DNA of 64,000 nt, from the NCBI RefSeq assembly GCF_001194135.2, contig NC_068994.1:53689016-53753015 (forward strand), written 5' to 3'. The notes beneath the pieces were generated by a model. That model did not search any database. It saw only the letters and a list, made by a program, of their open reading frames with translations, and was not told the origin of the DNA. Of this stretch, positions 13,201 to 42,291 are shown piece by piece; position 1 is the stretch's first letter, and every line of letters starts with the position of its first letter. Both the position numbers and the translations under genes were made by a program. The stretch comes from Octopus bimaculoides. Its lineage: Eukaryota.

Positions 13201-15373
13201 AAGATGTTTTAAGGTCTGTGAATATTTGAATGGACAGCAGCAACTGGCCAGTACTCATCCCATATAAGGTGGTCTTTCATTGCAATATGATTGAATCCCC
13301 TGTTATCCAGCCAATTTCATGATAATTTATTGAAAATGTTACTAATATCTATAAACAGCTATTTCAACTTAGCATGGCATGTTAGCAAAATCAGATTGTT
13401 GATGTTCAGCACCTAATAAGTTCAACACTTAATAACAGCAAGGATGTCTATGTATACATATCTATTTACTTTTAGGTAGGCTGCTGCAGTAAGAACTGAG
13501 TGTTTTGAGCATGAACATCAAGCAACTAATTGAGAGGCTGGCAGTTCATATCCTATCACAGGCAAAGTGTTATATTTTCAATCAAGGCACTTAACTTACA
13601 AATGATTCAGTCTGTCATTTTTTTTTTCCATCTTTTAATTAGGTGATAATGCAATGCTCATAACCAGTTACAAGGTCATTGAGAAGGAAGGAGAAACACA
13701 TCTTCAAATTGGAAATCTGGCCTGAAAGCTTTCAAAACCACTAAAGACATTTAAAGTGCCAGGTGGTGCTGTTAAACTGGGCAAGTAGGCCATGGTGGGA
13801 TTTGAACTCAGAATGCAAAGACCTGGAACAAATACTGCAAAGTATCTGGTCCAACATTCTTACAGTTCTACCAATCCACCACTTTGGACTCTTACATTTT
13901 TATTGACCCCAAAAGAGTTGGAAAGTGAGCTAGCCAACTTCTTAACTAGACAGCAAAGTCTGTCCCTTGTAAAGGAAACTAGATAGACAGAGATTCTGAA
14001 TTACAGGTGCACACGAAACAGCTAACCTTGTCTGGCTCTGGCTTATTGAGTGCTTGCAGATTACTGTGTTAAGGAATACTCAACTATTTTCACTATAGAG
14101 TTCTATATTTAAGAGATGAGGAATTATGTACATTATTTACATTTGATGGATATTTGTCCTCATCTTGTTTGTTATTAACACCATATTTCGGCTGATATCA
14201 GAGCACTATCAGTGATTCAAAAAGTACCTTAAGAATGAGAACCCAGGTTCGAAATTTCCCCAAGACACTCAATGAAGGCTGGAGAATATATCAGCCGAAA
14301 CGTTATGTTAACAATAAACAAGATAAGGACAAATATCCGTCAAATGTAAATAATATAAATAATGTATTTTCACTATAACTGAGCAAGTAGGTACTTCCAT
14401 TGAGAAAACAACTGAAATATTCATCTTGAAAGTGATGTAAAATCCATATCATCATCATTTTAATGTCCACTTTTCAATGCTTGCATAGGCTGGACAGAGT
14501 TAATTGAGGTAGATTTTCTAGAGCTAGATGCTCTTCCTTTCACCAACCTTTACCTGTTTCCAAGCAAGCTAATATTTCCCCATTGTCAGACATATTTTCA
14601 CAGAATATTGGAAATGAATGACCCTGTTTGTATGACAGTGAGATTCATCTACAACTATCGTGATATCAAGACAAAGCAACACAAACACACACATGGGTTT
14701 CTTTCAGATTCAATCTACCAAATCCATTCACACAAGGCTTTGGTTGGCCTTGGGTTAAAGTAAAAGACACTTGTTCATGGTGTCACACAGTGTGACTGAA
14801 TCTGAGACCATGTGGTTGGGAAGCAAACTTCTTAGTCACACTGCCATGTCTAATATAACTTTCCAACATTGGCACAATGCAGCAGATTATAAGAAGAGCA
14901 CAGTGAGTTGAATTGATCTCTAATATAGAACCATTGCATTGCTGTTATTTAGTGCCAGGTCAGCCCACATTGAGCAAATGCCTAACGAAAGACATTTCAG
15001 TTGTGACTAGCACAACATTCCTAAATTCACATTATCAGTATGTCTTTGTCTTTTAAGATGGCAAAGTATGCTTTTAGAAGGAATTTGGCTGGTATTTTTA
15101 GCATATTGAGCAACCACTTACAAACTACACCTTATTGATTCAGGAGTCCTCAGAATATGTTGATTAATATTTATGCCCTTCATTAAATGACTTCTTTTCT
15201 TACTTTCACAGACTTCTGATAGTTTTCTCTGATTCTAGTTTTTATTTCATGTTCATTTGTTAGAATTTGTTTTAGAAGACATGTTTTTCATCTTTATTTG
15301 CCAGGCAATACAAAAGATAATGAACCCACATGATTCACTGAATATAGAAGGAAGGAAAGTTAGCTTTGTATAA
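4212..15373 (+). CDS. FANK1: Fibronectin type III and ankyrin repeat domain protein 1 (spliced, 10 coding exons, 348 aa)
   Basis: Exons with GT-AG borders and consistent phases: 4212-4221 (MQP), 4512-4695, 6097-6224 (GYGKSKIVEDLQPKKEYKFRIRF..., FN3), 6459-6540, 7205-7279 (VDVRDDHGLSALM), 7989-8054 (VNAKDESGKTA), 8964-9178 (LMHACFHGQL...GWTPLMRC), 10852-11024 (GANVNLQDSDGKTCLMIAVINGH), 12023-12067 (SGRSAYDMA), 15305-15373 (last exon, least certain). Total 1047 nt. The FN3 + ankyrin-repeat architecture and motifs match FANK1 as I recall it. Confidence 0.9.
6340..6437 (+). mobile_element. SINE/RTE-type 3' tail ending in (GAT)n
   Basis: cagtcaaaccgtccgacccatgccagcatggaaagcagacgttaaac(aatgat)n. 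The same tail occurs at ~21200-21435, 25440-25560, 30605-30790 (-) and 51860-52075. Confidence 0.8.
9262..10240. repeat. Diverged tandem repeat (~25-32 nt monomers of two alternating types) in FANK1 intron 7
   Basis: Monomer A ~cttggacttttccaggtaatttcgtccccaac and monomer B ~ctcggaactttccaggaagtcctcccc, repeated about 30 times in total. Confidence 0.92.
14132..14354. mobile_element. Penelope-like palindromic non-autonomous element
   Basis: 67-bp inverted arms at 14132-14198 and 14288-14354 (8 mismatches by eye). Contains aatgaaggctg...cagccgaaacgtt, a decayed Penelope LTR/hammerhead signature. Confidence 0.6.
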
Positions 15374-16342
15374 CCCACAGAACCTAGGTATGTGTCTGAT
15401 ATTTGTATACCTACTAACACCTTTTATTTCCCTCATCACATCTATGTAGATATATATATATATATATATATATCATCATCATCATCGTCGTCGTCGATAG
15501 ACAGACTCTTATCAACATCATGTGGTCTATTTTGGACAGATTCATTCCATTCATTAATAATTCAAAAGAATGCATTGAATGTTTGACTGAAAAGTATATT
15601 GTAAACCATGCAACACTAATAATATAGATGCACAGGGCTAATGTTGACCTGCAGACATAGTATGAAAATTTTGTTATCTCTTTTCAGGGCAACACTAAAC
15701 ATTAATGATATTGGACATCATATGTTGCAAACTTGTATTTATCAGACCAACATTGATGAAAGTCCAGCAAAGAATTTTTGCCCAAATTCCAGGATAAAAG
15801 CTAGGAACTATGGCATGGACATTACTAAAGACATTAAAGTAAATACATTATATATTATAATCTAAAAGAATCTATGTAAGTGCATATTGAGTATTTTGTT
15901 GTTTTGCATAACATCTAACACTACTGTTTGCAACACACATGCATGCACACGAACATGCATACATACGCATGCACACACACGCACACACAAACACATATAT
16001 ATGACTGAAACTAATTCACAAATTATATCTTTATATATAAATGTATGCAAACATCTCCATAATACAGAATGCTCTTGTTCTGCACTTATAGGAATTATAA
16101 AGCATGACCACTAATTTAGTGGGTATGGCCTGTGTTATTCCACCCTCACAGTAACTCAGGTAAGCTGTAACAATTTTGAAAACTAAAATCACAATCCATA
16201 TATATACAAATAATTTTTTTAGAGAAACAATATATATTTAGTGTGACTGTAAAGTGTTCAACCACTCTGCTTTTCATTTTTCTGCTGTCATTCGTTGTAC
16301 ATTTTACAGTCTAGTAATGACAATTCTTTAAATTTATTTGTA

Positions 16343-17230
16343 CAGTAATGCCTTGATATACAAGTTTATTTGTTCCCCGGAGACCACTCATAAAGCGAAA
16401 TTTCATTAAGTAGAGAAATAATTCCCCATAGTAGCAATATAATAAATCGTAATTTGTTCCCAGAAAAATATTTTACCCATAAAGTTTATAATACTCGTAA
16501 ATAAATGGCAATAAAACAACAGTAAAAACTATTTTATGTAAAGTAAAAAGAATGTTAAGTTCATTTATAATAATAATTTTTTTCGCTGCATTGACATCAG
16601 CACTTGATGCTTCTCCTTGCACTTTGATGGAATGTCACCCATGTTGATTTTTAAATCAATCAAACCATCCTCTGCTTGCAACAAAAGTTTGTTTGTGTCA
16701 CCTTTCATTTTTGTAAGCGTACTGAAAAGAAGCAATGCTTTGCTACAAATCGATGCTTGATTAACATTTATATGCATGCATTGTGTTTTTTCACTTATCC
16801 ATCCATTTAAAAGTTTTTCCATTTCCAGAATAATGCTTCCAGCATCTATTTTACAAGCCCAGGTTGATTGTAAAGGCTGCATATTTCTCACTTGATATAA
16901 ATATTTTTGTTTTTCTTTAAGAATTGTGCAGACAGTTGATGAGTTAAGTGAAAATTTGTCACAAATGTTTTTCACAGTTGTACTGCTATCATGCATTTTA
17001 CAATTTCATAATTCATTTTCAAGGTGATGACTTTTCATTTCTTTTTGTTTGCGTTGGTATCTGTTGTACACTTTCGTTTAGACATATTTGATGATCATAT
17101 ATCTTAAAACCCTAACCCTAAGCCCTAACAGTAAAACTTAGCTCTACTGCCTAACACCTAACCCCTAAATCTAAGCCCAACCCCAATTTTAAGCTCTAAA
17201 TACTAACAAACTCTTAACTAGTAACATGTA
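16343..17230 (-). mobile_element. Internally deleted Tigger (pogo) element
   Basis: TA|CAGTAATGCCTTGATATACAAG terminus at 16343 plus a transposase remnant. The far boundary is approximate. Confidence 0.75.
16565..17085 (-). pseudogene. Tigger transposase N-terminal remnant (psq-type HTH + CENP-B-type HTH), no DDE domain
   Basis: MSKRKCTTDTNANKKK*KVITL..., a frameshift into ICDKFSLNSSTVCTILKEK...EMEKLLNGWISEK...ICSKALLLF, then a second frameshift into ASRGWFDRFK...GEA.SADV. Confidence 0.85.
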
Positions 17231-18549
17231 TCATAAATTATACTGAATTTTTGTTTTAAATGCTGTAAAATGAATCAGGCTGTCTACTATATGCTTTAAA
17301 AAATTTTCTGTTTCAGACAATAAAGTCAAGGATTCCCAGTCTTTGCTGTTTAAAGCAGAAATGCAAAGAAATTTTTTAATAAAAAATGAAACTAAAAGTT
17401 ACGGGTTTGGTGGAACTTATTTTGAAATAATCATGCTTTATCTTATAGCATCAAGATTTTAATGATATGATTGTTTACTTTTTAGAATGGTGTGGATGGT
17501 CAAATGTGGCCAGTTTGAAAATAAGACAGAGTTCTTTGGCCTGATATGACCATTTTAAATGCTATAAGGTTAATCCATAACAGTGATTCATTGTTAAGGA
17601 ATAAACTTACCAAATATATATAAATTTTGTATTTCAATAGACATAAGAAAATGTATAATATATGTATAATTGTGAAAAAAATCAGCTGTATGGTTACAAA
17701 AATGGTAAGTAGATCATTGAAGCTAGCTGTCCTTTACTTGTTAAATACTCAACAGAATACAAAAGATTATGGATTATTTTCATCGTTCTGTTTTATTTTG
17801 TAAAAAATAAATACATACATCAAATAAATATTCAATTAAAAGTATAAAAATATAGCATATATATATTTATGAAAATGGTATCTAATAAAATGTGTATAAA
17901 TGCATATATAAAATTAATATCAAGTATTAAATGAAGATCTATATATTTATACATTATATAATAATTACTTCTTTTATTAGCTGCAAAGGTCCAAAATAAA
18001 AGGGACGGTATAATACAAAGGGAAACAAACAGTGGACATGGGAAATTTACAATATCCAGAAATAGGGTGAGATCAATGAAACAATAACTCATTAATAAAT
18101 AGATGATTAATAAATACTAATAACAGTATTGGACAGAAAAATAATAACAAAAGTGGATCATTAAAACTGAGGCGGGAGAGCAACCAGAGAAAGTGAATTT
18201 AGGGCACCCCCACATATTATACAGCTGCAGAACTATATGTACCACATGAATGTGCCATGGTACTGTTGAAACTATCAACAGATCCATGGTTTCAGATATT
18301 GTCTACCTCTGCTTAATTGAGGACCATACTTCACAATCTGGCATGCAGTAGTTAATTGTATATGATGAAGTGATGCAGTCTGGGCATGTACTATATATCT
18401 AATGTCTTGTCTGGTTACAATGGTAGTGGTAGTAATGATGCTGGTGATAATGATGATGATATCAATGAGTAAAACATTGAAATAACAATTACAAAATGGT
18501 GATGAACCATTAAAGTTCAGTTTGAATACAACAATGTCCTTAGTCAATT

Positions 18550-34471
<15,922 letters not shown>

Positions 34472-34553
34472 CTGGTAAGGGGAAAAAAAAGAATCATTGG
34501 ATGGCAAATATGAGACAAGGTTTTGTAGTCTTAAACTGACTAAGGATAACTTT

Positions 34554-34750
34554 CACAAGGCCTGAAATTTTGGGGGAGTGGGTCCTGTCGATTAGATCGA
34601 CCCCAGTACGCAACTGGTACTTACTTTATTAACCCCAAAAGGATGAAAGGCAAAGTCGACCTCGGTGGAATTTCAACTCAGAACATAAAGACAGATGAAA
34701 TACTAAGCATTTCGCCCAGTGTGCTAACGATTCTTCCAGTTCGCTGCCTT
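34554..34750 (-). mobile_element. tRNA-derived SINE (cacaaggcc...gacctcggtggaatttcaactcagaac family), best-preserved copy
   Basis: B-box-like gagttgaaattcc on the minus strand. Related copies at ~10405-10660, 19272-19420, 33855-34040, 34965-35175, 53655-53870 and 61290-61440. Confidence 0.8.
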
Positions 34751-34831
34751 AAAAGAGGTGTAAATATTGAAATATATTCCATCACAAAAGATGTGTACAT
34801 ATTGAAATATTTTCCATCACAAAAGAAGAAT

Positions 34832-35298
34832 TTAACCTGTTTGTTACTCTGTTTCTGTTGATATACTCTTTGTTTCAATTGATTTTGAAAATAACAAAGA
34901 ATTTAGCAAGATAGCTTAGTTATAACAATAACTATTAAGCTGATGTTTGGAACATAAATTGGTTTCAAATTTAGGCACAAGGCCAACAATTGTAAGGGAG
35001 AGAGCAAGTTGGTTACACTGACCTCATTGTTCAACAGGTACTTATTTTATTGGCCCCAAAAAGATGAAAGGTGAAGTTGGCCTTGGTGGCATTTGAACTC
35101 AAAATGTAAAGAGTCAGAAGAAATGCCACTGAGCATTTTGTCCAATGTGCCAACAATTCTGCCAGCTCATAGCCTTTTGTTTTGAACATGAATTACGATG
35201 AAATTTAGAAGGAAGACCTTAATTAGATCTCATTAAAAGCAAGAAGCATATATCATAGAATCCAGGGTAGGTCCCAGGTATGTTGGTATCAAAAGATT
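34832..35298. mobile_element. piggyBac-like MITE interrupted by a nested SINE (~34958-35175)
   Basis: Both halves match the uninterrupted 61495-61718 copy; the element starts at TTAA. Confidence 0.6.
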
Positions 35299-35341
35299 CA
35301 GACAGGAACAAAACACTCGGTAATCACTGAGGGTCAACCAA

Positions 35342-35756
35342 NNNNNNNNNNNNNNNNNNNNNNNNNNNNNNNNNNNNNNNNNNNNNNNNNNNNNNNNNNN
35401 NNNNNNNNNNNNNNNNNNNNNNNNNNNNNNNNNNNNNNNNNNNNNNNNNNNNNNNNNNNNNNNNNNNNNNNNNNNNNNNNNNNNNNNNNNNNNNNNNNNN
35501 NNNNNNNNNNNNNNNNNNNNNNNNNNNNNNNNNNNNNNNNNNNNNNNNNNNNNNNNNNNNNNNNNNNNNNNNNNNNNNNNNNNNNNNNNNNNNNNNNNNN
35601 NNNNNNNNNNNNNNNNNNNNNNNNNNNNNNNNNNNNNNNNNNNNNNNNNNNNNNNNNNNNNNNNNNNNNNNNNNNNNNNNNNNNNNNNNNNNNNNNNNNN
35701 NNNNNNNNNNNNNNNNNNNNNNNNNNNNNNNNNNNNNNNNNNNNNNNNNNNNNNNN
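35342..35756. other. Assembly gap probably containing the first coding exon of UVSSA
   Basis: No VHS N-terminal exon was found elsewhere. On the minus strand a pyrimidine-rich tract (tttttcttcatattcatttatttatttaaa) runs straight into the gap. Confidence 0.5.
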
Positions 35757-38700
35757 TTTAAATAAATAAATGAATATGAAGAAAAATGATGTTAAGTATT
35801 GATCCCTCACTTTCTTTCAACCACTGCCTAATTACCAACTTTACTCATAAACAGATGAAGTTTATCAACAGGAAGGGTATCCAGCTGTGGAATATCTGCC
35901 TCAACAAATTCTCAAGCATGGAAAAGAGAATCTCAAAATGATGTTGATATTGTTTCCAAATATCTTCTACTATAGCCCTGGGTCAACCAAGGCTTTGTGA
36001 GTGGGTTTGATAGATAGAAACTGAAAGAAGCCCACCAGTTCTATATATATGGCAGTGGGGTATATCATGTGTGAATATGTGTTTGTGTCTTCTTATCTTG
36101 ACACCACACAACAGTTGGGAATGAGTGGCACCATAATAGAAGCCATGACTTTTGTCCACAGTCTTCTATGAAAACATATCTGGTCATAGGGAAATATTAC
36201 CTTGCTTGGAAACAGGTATGGTATCTGGCTGTAGGAAAAATGCATCAACCAATTTCTTCTGACCATACAGGTTAAAACAATGATGGTGACGATGAGGAGG
36301 AGGAGAAGGGTAACTGTGGTGGTGTTGGTGGCATAGAAATATTACATCTGAATAGTTAATGTTGTTGTTTAGTTCTGACTCAGTCCTGATTGGAGAAATA
36401 CATGATCACAGTTGTTTCAGTTATAGTTATTGTGTCTCCTTGAGCACTGCTTAACTCGGATCACATAACTCAAAATGTCTCACACATTTTCAAGAGAAGT
36501 GGAGGGGAGAGGTATATGAGAGTGAGAGCTTGTTGCTATTTCTAGCAGGTTAAAACAACATCAAGCTACCCCACTCACTCATATTAGTTAATATACAAGT
36601 GATGGTGGTCTTGAATTCCATAATCCAATGGGACTTATTGGATAAAATCCCAAATTATTTTCGAAGTTATAGTTAAGGGTAGGATTTGAATTCTATTCTT
36701 TACATGTCAATGGACACACTTCTCAATTTCTGCAGTGCTCACTCACCTGATTTACTTCCAACTAGAGCTTATTTACTGCTACATGAACTGCTCTTACCAT
36801 GGACACAATACAACCCTGGTGATGGGTTACAAATCATGAATCATCCTGTAAGTGGGGTCATGGTCAACTGTAACTACCCAAGTTTGAATTCTTGTTATTG
36901 TGCATTCACTAATGGCAAGGGACATAACTTTACTTGCTTAAGTGTATTTAATTGAACAAAGAAAAAAATTGATTGTACTCCTATTCACAACCGTGCTACT
37001 AATAATTTCTATAATGACTCAAGGAGAAGAATACTGTAGTTGATTAGATCAGCCATGGAAGGTACTTGTTTTATTGATACCCTGGGGACGTTTGAACTCA
37101 GATAGTGCTGATAATAACAATAACTGTTTCTGATACAGATGTAATGCCACAAATTTAGATGATAGATGTAAGTCAATTAAATCAATGCCAGTAATTGGCA
37201 ATACTTCATTTTATTGATCCAGGAAAGATGATGGGGGATTTAAACACAGAACACAAAGGACTGTAACTAAATGCTGCAAGGTATATTGTCCGATATTGTA
37301 AAGATTCTTACAATCCCCAGTCCTTCTTGATAATGATGATGATGATGACAATGATGAGGATGAAGATGATGATGATGATGATGATCAAGAACAAGCAACC
37401 AACCATATTCTGGGATATGCCAACACATGCAGATGGTTTGATGAAGACTAATTAGCCAGATATGATTAGTGTAGTCGATGCCAGAAAGCACTTTGTCTGA
37501 CATTCAAACAACTCTGCTAGACTTTAGGATTTTGTGGAACAGGATTCTTTAATCAAATTAAGAGAAAAAGTTGTTCATGTATTTCTCTAAATACATAGAA
37601 CAAGCTAATCCATGGTAAGGTGGTCAGGGGTGGAAGGGATAGAATATAAAATTGCTTCAGAAATCTACTTGATAAAAACAACGAAAAAATTTTGAAGTGG
37701 AAATCAAACTTGTGAGTGGATTTGGTAGACGGAAACTGAAAGAAGCCGGTCATATATGTGTGTGTGTGTGTGTGTGTTTGTCCCCACCATCATCGCTTAA
37801 CAACTGATGTTGGTGTGTTTACGTCCCCGTAATTTAGCAGTTCAGCAAAAGAGACCAATAGAATAAGTACTAGGCTTACAAAGAATAAGTCCTGGGGTCG
37901 ACTTGTTTGACTAAATAGGTGGTGCTCCAGCATGGGCACAGTCAGATGACTGAAACAAATAAAAGAACAAACAATTCATTTCTTAGGCACAAGGCCATGA
38001 TTTTTACTTTTTCAATTTGATTTTGTGAAGGAAAATAGTTAATTATATTGACCCTGGTACTTAACTGGTCCCTATTCTATTAACCTTAAAAGGATGAAAA
38101 GCAAAGAGAGTAAAAATATTAATGTTCAAAGTTGAAGTCAATTCCTTAAACCAAAGGGGTTATTTTTAAGAAGTCTAATATCACCAAAGCCCAATCAATA
38201 GAGCCTACAAAGACCAGTGCTTTGCTCAAGTTTACATATGACATAATTCATAAAGTAATTATTATAGAACAAATTCACCATGCAACACCTTGGGCCAGTG
38301 TCTTGTAGTATAGCCCTGAGCTGATCAATGTTTAGGGAGTGGATTTGGTAGACATACACTGAAAAAGAAGCCCATCATATATATGTGTGTGTATGTGTGT
38401 GCTTATTTATATCTGCTACTCGTTTATTCAAAGGTCATGGTGTTTGTTCGTGTTGGCATTTCTCTCCTTGATAAATCACTTGCTTTGTACCTTCAAAGCC
38501 ATGTAGAGGAAGAGATCTCTTATCTCTTACTTAAAAAATAGTAAAGAGTTGGCATCAGGATAAGCATTCAGCTGTAAAACAATGCCTCAAATTTTGTTTA
38601 ACTCATGTTAGCATGGAAAAAAAATGGAATCTAAAACAATTAAGCAAAATTATAACACTGAATCAATCCTCCAAGTTTTCATCTCCCCTCCAAGAAACCT

Positions 38701-40204
38701 TATCAGTTTAAGAATTTAATGAATCACCAGCATTAACAATTCAAAATTAAAAAAATATATATATTAACAACTTACCAAGATTATCCCCTGATTTACTTAC
38801 ACCATACAGCATTTGGTAAACTGTAGTCCAAATGAATGCAAGTATATTACAATAAAGTGGACATATGAGACTAGTATCTACTGTGACTGCAATTTTACTT
38901 GGCTTGATGGGTCTTCTCAAACATGGCATAATGCCTCCATGAGGCCCAACCCTCAAAAGCTTTCCACGTGCCACCAGCATCAGCCACTTTGCCTCCATGA
39001 GGCCCAACACTTGAAAGGTACTTTTTACGTGCCACCAGTACGGGTGCCGTTTTCATGACACCAGCATCAGCCACGACTATGATTTCACTTGGCTTGACAG
39101 GTCTCAGGCATAGATGTTCAAGACTCTTAACTCTACCAACAGGTTGGTAAAGCTAACCCATTACCAGATGGACAAAACCAATTAGTCTTAGATCATATTC
39201 TAACCAACAAGAAAAATGAATGATTCATGAACTGATTGAAAAAGTGTTGCATATTGGCAGGGGAGGGTAATCTGTGTCAATGAAAAGTTAAGCAATGACA
39301 GAAGAATTAAGAGAAAGGAGATTGAGCTTTACTGTAAATGAACAAACCACATGATGATGATAATGATGATGATGATGATGTCATTTAGTCAGGAGGAGAG
39401 GGTAGTGCTCATGATCCTTTAAAGGATGAGAATGGTGGGAGGGAGGGAGGAAGATACCCTCAAACTGAAGACCATGTTGAAATGTTTGCAAACAGAGTGG
39501 ACTCCATAAAGGTACTCAAGGACTGTTATGAAAGGTTTGGGCCCTATAAATACAAAAAGATATTTATAAGTAGATTAGTAACTTCCTTGTGAAGGAGAAT
39601 GCAAAAACGTTTTTGTGTTGTGCTAAAGTCAGATAATGTTGAACTGATATAAGGAGTGACATCACAGTTTTCATTCATGATATTTATAAATGTGATGTCA
39701 TTAATAATTAAAATTATGTTCAAACATTTCACAGAAGACTCTTCAAGATATTCAGAAATCTTTCAGAGAACACATATTCTTTGTAATCAGTTACATAGAG
39801 GGGTTTGTCAATTTATACACAACCAGCTAATTCAAATATAGAATTATTAAATATTAGGAGAGTATCACTATTTAGACACTCTTCTGCTGAACTAAAAAGA
39901 TTTACTGCAAACAAGCCTGCATTTATAGGATATACTGTTAAGTTTTAAAATTTAAAATGGTTGGGGGGAATTAGGTTAAGTTTATGCTTTGGGGGGGGGG
40001 CAGTTTCAGTTACTACCTTTTAAAATTGAAATTGATAAAACTGATGTATTTATCTGATCTTAGAATTAATTAAAATTTGATTTCAAGTCAAAATTCAATT
40101 TGTTCTAACAAAAATGAAATTTGATTTTTGTAATATTTTCCAATATAATGTCAACTCAAGTTAAAATTTCAGGTCATGACACCCTGTTATGTGTTGGTTT
40201 ATGA

Positions 40205-40241
<37 letters not shown>

Positions 40242-40559
40242 ACACACACACACTTTGATCAAAATTCTCCAACAAAAGAAGTAAATTAATTTCCGCAAGC
40301 CAATCTTAAATAGACACTACTTTGACAAGGGTAAAGAAATGCAACTATATGGATATGCTAAGAACGGAAAAATTTACCAAAAGGTTCATTAATTACAAAA
40401 ATAAATAAATAAATACATAACGGACACATCAAACTAGAATGAGATCTTGGCAGAATAGTGTTTATTGAGAATTACTTAAATAATTCCATACAATATTTTC
40501 AAATAAATGTTAGGGTTTATAAAATTATAAATAGTTTGTTTTGTCATAAATATCAGTTG

Positions 40560-42260
40560 TTTTTAAGAATGATCCACTTTCATGCCACAACCCGAGTGAA
40601 TCGGTAAATTATTTCATAGGTTTTGAAGAGACCAAAGGTAAAATCTTCCATCTCTACCAGTTTTCTAACACCTGTCCGATCTTCAAAACAATTTTCCCTC
40701 GAGTAAACGTCCCACGAAACAAATTACTTTTCATGGAGCACGATCTTAGTTTACGAATATTATAAACAACTGGCTTTTGCCAATGTGGGCCTATTGCCAG
40801 TTTCTTCGGAATCGTGGGGCCCCCCAACACCACACTGTTAAAAGTGTTTCAGTATCTTTTTTTTTTTTTTTTTCACCTGTCTCGTCTTAAATTAGATTTT
40901 TATTGTTCACAGATTAATGGCGAGACGGAGAATTACATAATCATCAGGTTGTAAGGACCTNNNNNNNNNNATTAGTTAAGAATATTGCAAACGCAGAATA
41001 TTTCCAGCCACTGCGAAAAAAAAATCTCGTTATTACCCAATCTATTCAACATCAACATAAAAAAAAAAACAAAGAACGAAAACATGTATGCGAATGGATA
41101 ATTATCAAAATAAATTTTAATATTCCTGATAGATTAAATTTTTCAACAAATGTTAATATAGTTAAGAAAAAAAGTTCTTCACGCAGAAATTTATGCCCAA
41201 CCAAATGCGATCAATGTCTTTAATATAAATGAAAGAAGCTGTAGAAATCATAAGTGAATGCTTTTGTTTACTTACTATGGTAATAGTATTTCTGCTATAG
41301 GCACAAGACCTGATTTGCTATGAGAATATTATTAAATCTTGAAATAAGCCAACCCGCTAGTGACAATTTTCAAGAACAATGACAAATGAAATTTGCATTT
41401 CTTCATATGAAACTGATTAGGCCCCAACCTAGAGTGGTGCAATGTGACACGTCCATCAAAACGTCCACCCAAGAAATGTTCCTTTTGTTTCAATTTTTAA
41501 TCAACTCTTACTCAATAAGTTAACCAAAAATCTATTCTTGTCTTAGCATAGGTTAATCATGACCCAGCAAATCTATAAGACATTCACGCCGTGACCATCT
41601 AGTCTGTTTAAAAATTTTTTTTTTTTTATATAAGACTTATAAATAAAGGACTAAATTATGTGATTTGTCCTTCGTTTTTAAAAGACAGTTGGGTGAGACG
41701 TGGCTGCTATTTCATGTATATTGAGCGACCTTATAAAAAGACTCCCTCCTTAACTCGACCCAATATCTCTTGTTATTGTCAAGAGTTTGTTAAAGATCAG
41801 CTGACTCCGTAAATATTATTGTAATTAAACATTACAAATTTAATGGGGAAAAAAAGTAAACAAAAGACAATTACCGCAGAAAGCTGGATACTATTTAAAA
41901 TAAAACATCAAAATATTAATTGAAAACCAAAGTTGTCAAAAATATCATCCAAGAAAATATAAACAGAAAGATGCTTCCAAATTCTTGAATAATATTCAGC
42001 AGAACGGAAGTTTTAAAAAAATGCTTCACGTTGGCCAGAAATGATATCGACTGTCGTAATTGATTGACAATTATTTTCCATTGTTTAACGTTTTTTTTTT
42101 CACTCTTCACATTTTGTTGAATTCTATGACCATAAAAATAAAATAAATAATTTATACAACGTGTTTAAAGTAGGTATACAATATATATCATGGTTAGTAT
42201 ATGTTGAGGAAAAGAACGAAACTAAGGCTCTCTCTCTCTCTCTCTCNNNNNNNNNNTCTT

Positions 42261-42291
<31 letters not shown>

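Noticed and set aside
36747-39546. Exon-like minus-strand segments with plausible splice sites (36747-36846, ~38773-38872, ~39452-39546)
   Set aside because: One has stops in all frames and the others resemble no protein I recognise. They could be UTR or cryptic exons but cannot be supported.
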